64,000 bases of DNA from an uncultured archaeon (GTDB lineage Archaea > Thermoproteota > Nitrososphaeria_A > Caldarchaeales > Wolframiiraptoraceae), in NCBI GenBank assembly GCA_938083505.1, contig CALKCF010000007.1:118715-182714 (forward strand), given 5' to 3'. The notes under the pieces were generated by a model. That model had not been told where the DNA came from. It ran no database searches and worked only from the letters and a program-made list of their open reading frames with translations. Positions within the stretch are counted from its first letter, which is position 1. Each line of letters starts with the position of its first letter. Shown in pieces: positions 51,687 through 58,837 of this stretch. The translations under genes were made by a program, and so were the position numbers.

Positions 51687-52136
51687 TTAGGCGTTCTCTG
51701 CTCCGATAATGATTATGTCGAAACTGAAGCTTGTGATGCCGCCTATGTTTGAAGCAACTGAAAGTGTTAAATCTGCTGATACGCTATCTCCAGGATCTGA
51801 AACTTGGTCTTGGCGGTTCTAACTTAAAGTCAGATAGTTTGAAGCTGACGATGGATTCCAGTTGTCGACTTCCATGCTCAGCCTAATTGGAACATTGCCT
51901 TCATTCTTCACGTAGACCGTGAACTGTTTACTTGAGCCTGGCTCCAGAAAGCCCCAATCGATATACGATACTGGAATGGTGCAACCGCTGTCGGAGTAGA
52001 CGCCTACACCAACAGCCTTTATATTCCCAACGCTGGAAATTATCCGCTTGGCAACAAGGGCTCCCAACACTGTTGCAACTATACATACAAGGGCGATTGC
52101 CAAAACCGTTGCCAAAGCGATTCTATGCATCGCCAT
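51687..52136 (-). pseudogene. Secreted beta-sandwich surface protein with in-frame TAG
   Basis: Signal peptide, IDWG.LEPG, KNEGNVP; frame continues 43 codons past TAG at 51819-51821. Confidence 0.7.
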
Positions 52137-52409
52137 GTTCTTCACCAGCAAGAGCTTAGCAGAAAAAGAGGGGGAATGCACCAGGCGCCAGGCAAGTTGT
52201 CTACATGGCTTCAAAGGCTGCCTTCATGTTCGAGAAAAGCTTCTCAAACACGAGCTGGTAGACTACCTGATAACATCCAGGATAATTAAGCCTCTCGTCA
52301 ACCTCCTCAACATTTTAATAAAAGCCAGAGAAGCCGAAATCTACAAAGAAAAAGAGAAACTCGTAGAAATCTTCTCAAAAATCATTTAATCACTCTGACA
52401 AATCGTCCT

Positions 52410-52940
52410 TCATTTTAATTCTTGCTCAATAAGGTGCCAAGCGTCAAGAAACTCGGTGTAGTTTGTTAGTTCATTATCAATGCTAGCTGTTACTCTTTCA
52501 TCCCAAACGTTTGAACCTCCAAAATGGAAGCAGAAGGAGTATACTCCTCTCTTTCCTGGGTCTTTAACCGTCATTCTCTTCTCGAGTTCAGCGCTTGGAA
52601 CAATGAGGAATTTGTTTTCGAAACGACTTATCCTGTGTTCTCCAACAAGCGGCAGGTAGGTGATGAAGACATAAAAATCAACTTTGCCTCTGTTTTTAAG
52701 GAATTTTGCCCTCTTGATTTGATGCCAACTGTGTCCCACATGCCCGCTTTTCCATCTGCGACCAATGTAATAACGTGACTCTTTAACCTGGATTCCCACG
52801 TGCTTATCACCTTTAACAACCAGCAAATCTAAGCCAACATCACGCACAGGAAAATACACCTCACACTTCAGCCTTTTCATGATTTCCTCTGCAACTATGC
52901 ATTCACCAGGCTCTAAAGACCAAACGTTTCTAACAGGCAC
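52410..52940 (-). CDS. PD-(D/E)xK restriction-endonuclease-like protein
   Basis: GE..V..E, D.G.DL, IQVK.SR. Confidence 0.75.
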   Translation of the reverse strand: MPVRNVWSLEPGECIVAEEIMKRLKCEVYFPVRDVGLDLLVVKGDKHVGIQVKESRYYIGRRWKSGHVGHSWHQIKRAKFLKNRGKVDFYVFITYLPLVGEHRISRFENKFLIVPSAELEKRMTVKDPGKRGVYSFCFHFGGSNVWDERVTASIDNELTNYTEFLDAWHLIEQELK

Positions 52941-53176
52941 TTACACCACAAAAAACAAAGTGTTAAAGCATTATAAATAAATTCTATCGATACTTTCGGT
53001 TAGACGTTACTAACAGAACACATAGAAAAGCAAGCAATTTAAACATAAAATCGCAAAGCAAGCATGTTTTAGGCTTAGAATAGATGCTATGGGAAACGAT
53101 AGAAACCCTTCACAATTTTTATCCAATATTAATTTAATAAGGCAACATAAGGAGTATTGGAACCGTGCATAAACCT

Positions 53177-53899
53177 TCATGGTCGATACTTAGCTAACCA
53201 TGGGATAAGTTCCGCGAGTGTTTTTATGCGATTTCCGGTGAAATCAGGATATCTGTCTTCTCTGTCTATGAGCAGCGCCTCCATTCCAGTGTTAATGGCT
53301 CCTTCGTAATCATCTTTTGGATCATCCCCTACATAGATGCAGCTTCCGGTTTTAATGCCCATTAAAGAAGCTGCATGTTCGAAGATTCTGCGGTCTGGCT
53401 TCTTTATTCCGAACTCTACAGAAGTAACTATAACTTCAAACGAGTTGTTAAGGCCTGCTTTGGCTAAATTCTGGTAGACTAGGCTCGGATAATGGGTGTT
53501 GCTTATCAGTCCCAGCCTATGACTTTTCGAAAGCTGTTTAATAACTCTTGTGCTTTCATCAAAAGGCTTGACACCTCGATTCCATTCCCATAAAAATGTC
53601 TCCGCCAGCAGCTTTACAAAGCTAGAAGTAGGAGGTTTAGACGGGAAATTTTCCCTCAAGAAATTTTTGACAAAATCGAAAAAATGAAACTCTACGCAAT
53701 CAACATAGGATTCCGCCTCCATCCGACTTAAGCAGTCTTCCCAACTCCGCTTGAAAACCTCAAGTTCAACTTCATAACCGTATTTTTTGAGGAGTCGCCA
53801 GGTCCGTTTACCCCCATCCACAAATAGGGATTCAGGGACACTTAGCAATGTTCCAAATAAATCAAAGATGAGCACTTTTTTCATGTTCTCCACTTCCAT
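53177..53899 (-). CDS. HAD-IA family hydrolase
   Basis: FDLFGTL, ISN, KPD, VGD....D. Confidence 0.9.
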   Translation of the reverse strand: MEVENMKKVLIFDLFGTLLSVPESLFVDGGKRTWRLLKKYGYEVELEVFKRSWEDCLSRMEAESYVDCVEFHFFDFVKNFLRENFPSKPPTSSFVKLLAETFLWEWNRGVKPFDESTRVIKQLSKSHRLGLISNTHYPSLVYQNLAKAGLNNSFEVIVTSVEFGIKKPDRRIFEHAASLMGIKTGSCIYVGDDPKDDYEGAINTGMEALLIDREDRYPDFTGNRIKTLAELIPWLAKYRP

Positions 53900-54025
53900 A
53901 TATTATTGTTAGGAAACTTACACTAGGAAAATAAACTTAACGAATAACAGCAGCCTCGATTTATAGACTTTCTATGAGGATTTTGTAGTTGTTAAAGGAA
54001 GGAAACTAAATATGAGTGAAAGTCA

Positions 54026-54541
54026 TCATGGGTTTAGGTGTTGAGTTTGCGAGAGTTTTGGCAAGGGGATGGCTGGAACTGAAAGGATCTCCCCCTTAGC
54101 CATTATGTATTCGAACCCTCCCCCCACCTCCTCAACCCAAAAGCCGAGGGCTACTGCCGGCTTAAGCTTCTTCGCCTCCCTCATGCTTTTCCATACTGTA
54201 ATTGAAGTGTCAAACTCGATTTTGCCAGCCCTGTTAGGCAGCTGTGGAAGGTGTTCCGCCAACTTTCTAGCTAGCTCATTAACGCTTTCGGCTGTAAGTC
54301 CAACGGTTGCTAGAGGCGCAACCCTCTCAATTATCCGCCTAATCACAACTTCTGGTATTCTAAACTCCCTGACAAGCTCCCCAATTCTTTCGGGCGGGAC
54401 GGCTGGCGCGGCTGGAGCGCCAATCCTCTCGGATATTGCCTGCAAAAGCTTTAACTGCTGCTCCTCAACCCTAAGAAGCAAAACGATTAGCTCGTCCACC
54501 CTTGTGAGAACGTCTAAAAGCCTTTGAATGGGGATCTCCAT
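54026..54541 (-). CDS. Hypothetical coiled-coil/Pro-Ala protein, probably 3'-truncated
   Basis: Last gene of the co-oriented cluster. Confidence 0.55.
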   Translation of the reverse strand: MEIPIQRLLDVLTRVDELIVLLLRVEEQQLKLLQAISERIGAPAAPAVPPERIGELVREFRIPEVVIRRIIERVAPLATVGLTAESVNELARKLAEHLPQLPNRAGKIEFDTSITVWKSMREAKKLKPAVALGFWVEEVGGGFEYIMAKGEILSVPAIPLPKLSQTQHLNP

Positions 54542-54567
54542 TGCAACCTTTCCGCTAGTTCAAGTTT

Positions 54568-54906
54568 TTACAGGTTGTAGGCTTGCAGCATAACTGAAAT
54601 AGTGTTTGCGCTGGCTACTGCCTTGATGTTTTGGCCAGGATTCATGGTGAAAAGGGGCGAATCCACAGACCTGTAAACGTCTAAAGTGGCATAGGCGTCT
54701 AAAGTTATGGGTGGAAGTGTCCTCTCAACCGTTGCTTCCCGTTCAATTGTAAGCGTCAGCGTGTTTGCAGTCGCCGCGTTGTTATGTATCAGCATACCAT
54801 AGACTTTTCGTGCAAACTTGTTAGGCGGAACCGTATTGTTTGTCAATGGAACCTTGCTTGTTCCGACTTCCGCTTCCATTTCGAAAGTGTCTTCGGGCTT
54901 GGCCAA
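54568..54906 (-). CDS. Hypothetical beta-rich protein (putative virion component)
   Basis: Alternating beta-strand pattern, 2-nt gap to the upstream gene. Confidence 0.6.
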   Translation of the reverse strand: MAKPEDTFEMEAEVGTSKVPLTNNTVPPNKFARKVYGMLIHNNAATANTLTLTIEREATVERTLPPITLDAYATLDVYRSVDSPLFTMNPGQNIKAVASANTISVMLQAYNL

Positions 54907-54908
54907 AC

Positions 54909-55628
54909 CTAGCTTCCTCCTGCTAAAACTCTCTCTATTGTGGCTTTGTCAACCTCTGTTGGGGGAGCCCATTCCTCTGGCACTGTCCACGTGAAGTGTC
55001 TGAGTCCTCCAACGGTTAGGAACCTGCATGGTGGCTTCTGCCTCAGCATTCCCTCGATCACGTTTCTGTTTGTTATTTGTATGGTGTCGTAGCCTGCTCC
55101 AAGAATGCGCATGCTTGGCCTTATGGGTCTTCCAGAGTCGTTCTTAAGCCCAATTTCTATGCTTAGCTTATGGTATAGAACGCATTCAGTAGCCACTGTG
55201 GGATTGTCATAGGGGCTCAGCCATCCCGGAATGTAATCGCGTTTGTCTCCAACTTTTGGAGGCTCAACCTTGTAGCCCCAGCCTGTCTGTGGCGTGCCCG
55301 CTGGAATACTCCTGTAAAGCCATATCTCGCTTGGTCTAATGCCAAATGCGAAATGCAGTATCCTGAAGGGCCTCTCCTCCCACACGGCCAGTATGTCAGG
55401 CTCCTCTCCCAGGGCTGTTTCTCCCATGATTTTGAAGTCAACTGTTTCTCCCTCGGGAATTTCCGGAAGCTCGCCGTCATAGGTTCTGTGAAGGGGATAT
55501 CTTCGCATGACACGGAAAAAGTAGAGGGCGAATACAGGCTCTTTAGCCACAGCCTTTGGAAGAATAATAGCCAAGTTCATGTTCTCGTCAAAGATAGACT
55601 CAACTATAGGCTTATTCAACTCAACCAT
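54909..55628 (-). CDS. Hypothetical beta-rich protein (candidate jelly-roll capsid protein)
   Basis: 239 aa, SD GGAGG, no TM; fold is inference only. Confidence 0.55.
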   Translation of the reverse strand: MVELNKPIVESIFDENMNLAIILPKAVAKEPVFALYFFRVMRRYPLHRTYDGELPEIPEGETVDFKIMGETALGEEPDILAVWEERPFRILHFAFGIRPSEIWLYRSIPAGTPQTGWGYKVEPPKVGDKRDYIPGWLSPYDNPTVATECVLYHKLSIEIGLKNDSGRPIRPSMRILGAGYDTIQITNRNVIEGMLRQKPPCRFLTVGGLRHFTWTVPEEWAPPTEVDKATIERVLAGGS

Positions 55629-55697
55629 ACAGTTTTTAACCTCCGTTCAGAAAAACTTCGGGAGTTCATTGTTTTGTTCAGCTCCCTGCAAGGGAAA

Positions 55698-55871
55698 CTA
55701 GCCCTTCTCAGAAGTGGTGGTCACGGTCACTGTTACTGGCGCGAAATCGTAGGCGGCTGTATCGGCTTCTCCGGCTGTAACTCCCCCATGCGTATGCGAT
55801 GGCAGGTCAACAGTAACCGTTACTGAATGTTTATGTTGCCTGTGCCCTGCAAGGTATCCGGGTTTTGGCAT
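55698..55871 (-). CDS. 57-aa HxH-motif spike/needle-like protein (missed by ORF track)
   Basis: MPKPGYLAGHRQHKHSVTVTVDLPSHTHGGVTAGEADTAAYDFAPVTVTVTTTSEKG; SD AGGAGG. Confidence 0.7.
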   Translation of the reverse strand: MPKPGYLAGHRQHKHSVTVTVDLPSHTHGGVTAGEADTAAYDFAPVTVTVTTTSEKG

Positions 55872-55883
55872 TTATTCAGCCTC

Positions 55884-56582
55884 CTATGCGCCTGGTCTGG
55901 CTAGTGCTGGCACATCTTTGCCGTAGCCTATCCATACGCCAACCGGAAACGCGTAGGTTGTAACAGTAGCGCCTGCGGTTTTCGACTCAACCTTTCCATC
56001 AATGTCTAACGTTGCATCGGCGATAACTGGGTGTGGAAACTCGAAAACCTGCATATCCGTAGCCTTCATGATAAGGGTGGCTTCAATGGGGTACTGTGGA
56101 ACTCCATCCACATCCACAACTTGAACAGCCGTCAAGGGAGCTGTGGGGCTAAGCTCTATTATGTCCGTGATGATGAAGATCTGCTTTGCCGGAATCGTTA
56201 GTTTGCCGGCTGTTGGGGGAATAATGTTGAAGGTTCCAACGTATTTCCCAGCGGCAAGCGTTATATCCCTTTCATACGTGAAGTTTTCGCCTATGTGTTC
56301 TGGTCGGAGCTGCATCAAAACAATGTCGTCGCTCTTAGCATATTGAAGCGGCATAATGTTACGCTTCTCCTTCTCCTTAAACTCGGCTAAGACCTGGCAG
56401 ACAAGCTCAAGGTTCCTCGTCAAACCCGGAACCTCAAAAGTTCTCTCCGAAATATTCAACGTCCTAATCTTCGCCAACTCATGCTTCACAATGTCGTATT
56501 CCGTCCCAAAAGGCTCAACCTTGCGGCTGAGAACAGACTTGGCATCTATCTCGAGCAACCTCTTTAACTCTTCAATTTCCAT
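55884..56582 (-). CDS. Hypothetical protein, helical N-terminus + beta-rich C-terminus (candidate capsid protein)
   Basis: 232 aa, first gene after an AT-rich promoter-like gap; fold is inference only. Confidence 0.55.
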   Translation of the reverse strand: MEIEELKRLLEIDAKSVLSRKVEPFGTEYDIVKHELAKIRTLNISERTFEVPGLTRNLELVCQVLAEFKEKEKRNIMPLQYAKSDDIVLMQLRPEHIGENFTYERDITLAAGKYVGTFNIIPPTAGKLTIPAKQIFIITDIIELSPTAPLTAVQVVDVDGVPQYPIEATLIMKATDMQVFEFPHPVIADATLDIDGKVESKTAGATVTTYAFPVGVWIGYGKDVPALARPGA

Positions 56583-56654
56583 ACAACCAACTCCATTTAA
56601 CAGCTGGAAAAGAATATTAAAATGATGGTATCAGTAAGTATTGGTTAGACTAAA

Positions 56655-56816
56655 ATGGCTGAGGAGCTGGTTTTCACGGCTCAGGTTCAAAAGATCTACA
56701 GAATAGCCATACCGAGAACAATTTATAAGGCGTTGGATATTAAGCCCGGAGACTATGTTGAGGTTAGAGTAAAGAAGGTCAGCATCAAGCCTAAGGGATA
56801 CCCGCTAACTCGCTGA
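56655..56816 (+). CDS. AbrB/MazE/SpoVT family DNA-binding protein (missed by ORF track)
   Basis: MAEELVFTAQVQKIYRIAIPRTIYKALDIKPGDYVEVRVKK.. Confidence 0.85.
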   Translation: MAEELVFTAQVQKIYRIAIPRTIYKALDIKPGDYVEVRVKKVSIKPKGYPLTR

Positions 56817-56839
56817 AACTTAAATTTCTAGCTTTGACA

Positions 56840-57172
56840 TCAGCGGCTCATTACGTAGCCTGTCTTCGGCTTCTCCTTTTCAGCCCCTGAAAGCTGATAC
56901 TCGGCTTTTCTCTCTACGCTGGGCAGGATATCCTCCAGCTTAGGGAGGGTTGGGAGTTTACCGAGAACCTCAGGCAGCTTAGGCGCCCTTGGAACAACAG
57001 CCTCAGGAGCCTTTCCAGCCTCTAAGGAAGTTTGAAGTTTCAAGAGGGTTGACTGCGGACCTGGAGGCAGCTCCACCTTCAAGGCTTCTTTAACCAAGCT
57101 TTCAAACTGGCTTTCAGGCGCTGCCAAAAGCTGCGTGAAGGATGATATTTTGGGAAGCTCCTGCGGAGGCAT
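56840..57172 (-). CDS. Pro/Leu-rich hypothetical protein
   Basis: Abuts the upstream stop; repeated LP.L motifs. Confidence 0.6.
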   Translation of the reverse strand: MPPQELPKISSFTQLLAAPESQFESLVKEALKVELPPGPQSTLLKLQTSLEAGKAPEAVVPRAPKLPEVLGKLPTLPKLEDILPSVERKAEYQLSGAEKEKPKTGYVMSR

Positions 57173-57424
57173 CTACTTCTTCACTGCCTTTGTAGGCACG
57201 TCGAGGGCTTGGGCTATACCCTCGCCTATGTTTTCAATGGCAGTTCCAATACTCTTTGCAATGCTGTCAGCCACCCTGTGGGGACCAGCAGAGCCCAACG
57301 GCCCCTTATCTATAGCTGAAGACACAGATTCGGACAGCTCCTTTGGAACACGTACTAGGCTGTCTAAAACGTCGTCCGCAACCCTATGTGGAGGCTTAGC
57401 CGTTAAATCGGGGAGTTCGGGCAT
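57173..57424 (-). CDS. Hypothetical protein with internal PHRVAD repeat
   Basis: PPHRVADDVLDSL / GPHRVADSIAKSI. Confidence 0.6.
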   Translation of the reverse strand: MPELPDLTAKPPHRVADDVLDSLVRVPKELSESVSSAIDKGPLGSAGPHRVADSIAKSIGTAIENIGEGIAQALDVPTKAVKK

Positions 57425-57436
57425 TCAACCACCAAA

Positions 57437-57772
57437 TCAATAATAAACGTTCATATTTTTAATTTTTTCTATTCCGTAAAAACCTTTAATGCAGCTAAAA
57501 ACTGAGGGCAGCCACTTATTCTCCTTAACGAAGCGCTCGTACTCTTCAGGCTTCATCAAACGCTTAAGCTCGGCGTAAGCCATATCCGACGCCACGTCGC
57601 CGGCGAATGGTATGACGTCTGCGAGGTCGTCCATCAAAGCGTAGCGGAGAACCTCCCTCTGCCTATCATCAAGCTTTGGCATGGGTTTCGGAGGAAAATC
57701 TGGGAGCTCAACGCTTGGGAGCTCAACCTCTAAAAGCGGAATTTTAAACTTTTCCAAAATTTTTATGGGCAT
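57437..57772 (-). CDS. Hypothetical protein (possible late frameshift in a T5 run)
   Basis: Pro-rich N-terminus, D.IPF.GD motif; alternative end PSVLAALKVFTE*. Confidence 0.55.
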   Translation of the reverse strand: MPIKILEKFKIPLLEVELPSVELPDFPPKPMPKLDDRQREVLRYALMDDLADVIPFAGDVASDMAYAELKRLMKPEEYERFVKENKWLPSVFSCIKGFYGIEKIKNMNVYY

Positions 57773-57785
57773 ACTGCAAGCCTAC

Positions 57786-58538
57786 TTATTGAAGCTTAGA
57801 CCACGTTAAAAGCCCGTAGCCTTTATCGGCAGATTTCTCTCCGAAGCGAGCCATCCTAGCCTTAACATCTTCAATATTGCTGAGTATGCCCCTGTCTATG
57901 GCTAAAGCCGCAAGCCCTGAGCAATGGGGTGTAGCCATCGACGTGCCAATCATCAAGTCGAAGCCGTCTGGAACCAAGTCGTAGAAGGCGTCGTACCATA
58001 GGCTCACCGCAGCTACGATTTGGCTTTCTCTGTCTCCGCCTATGCCGGCTACATCTGGCTTCAAGAAGTTTCCCCCGTATTTTTGGTAGTCCCTGTCATA
58101 GGCGTCCTTGTTATCCCTGTACCATCTTGCTTGCGGCCCACGCGATGAATAGCTTGACGTTTCCATTGTCTTCCAGTCTACGGCAGCCACACATAAAACG
58201 TATGGGCTGGCTCCCGGGCTGTTTATGCTCCATTCCTCGCCGTCGTTTCCAGCCGCGACTATGAAGTTTGTGCCATACTGCCTGTAAAGCTTCTCAGCCA
58301 AAACACATTCGGGATCCTCTTCAACGCTTCCCTCCAATGGACCGCCGAGACTCATGTTCACAACCTTACAGCCTTTCACTGCGCACATCTCCATAGCCTT
58401 CATGATCTGGAAGCTTGAGCATGGACCAAATGCGGTGAACACTTTAACATGGTAGCTGGATGGAGCCAAAGCCACGGGAATGAAGGTTCCATACCGTGAG
58501 AGGCATGGTTGACCGAAGGCGCATGAATGGGCCCAGCT
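57786..58538 (-). pseudogene. Subtilisin-like S8 peptidase, C-terminal extein (5' part deleted)
   Basis: VNMSLGG, AAGN, SSRGP, KPDV, GTSMATPH; catalytic Asp/His region absent. Confidence 0.85.
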
Positions 58539-58607
58539 ATTATGAACTATGAAACCGCTGGCCGAATAGTTGCCATATGTTGTATCCGCTAAATCGTAGA
58601 AGGATTC
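58539..58607 (-). other. Intein C-terminal splicing region (blocks F/G)
   Basis: In frame with the peptidase: ESFYDLADTTYGNYSASGFIVHN|S. Confidence 0.8.
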
Positions 58608-58613
58608 GCTTAA
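58600..58613 (-). repeat. Right inverted repeat
   Basis: AAGGATTCGCTTAA = reverse complement of 46312-46325. Confidence 0.85.
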
Positions 58614-58622
58614 AAAATTAAG

Positions 58623-58637
58623 TGGACCGGGCGGTAT
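58623..58637 (+). repeat. att-like direct repeat copy 2
   Basis: TGGACCGGGCGGTAT identical to 46285-46299. Confidence 0.85.
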
Positions 58638-58837
58638 CTACACTTAATTGGGTGCGAGTCCACATTGTACGGAGTAATTTGAAAGGATTCAGGGAATGCG
58701 GTCGAAAAAGCGAGGGTCTAGGCTTCTCCATATAGCTGAAGGAAGCAAATGAAAAGACTGCTCGAGGTGCTGACGAAAATTTTTATCATCCACCGAATGC
58801 CATCATCGGTGAAGCGTTAGGGAGGGAATAAGGGGAG

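Larger units (their letters stand above)
46285..58637. mobile_element. Decaying integrated provirus/plasmid-like element
   Basis: 15-bp direct repeat at both ends, 14-bp inverted repeat just inside, tyrosine integrase and virus-like small genes. Confidence 0.8.

Noticed and set aside
51819-51821. Pyrrolysine/amber readthrough
   Set aside because: A TGG>TAG change in a decaying region is simpler; no pyl genes seen and TAG is a normal stop elsewhere in the window
52048-52389. 113-aa plus-strand ORF
   Set aside because: 5' part is antisense to the secreted-protein gene; only the HELVDYL.. tail looks like a gene remnant
46285-58637. Casposon (TIR + ~15-bp TSD near a tRNA-like target)
   Set aside because: No cas1 or PolB seen, the IRs are asymmetrically spaced from the direct repeats, and a tyrosine recombinase is present; not fully excluded for a deleted derivative
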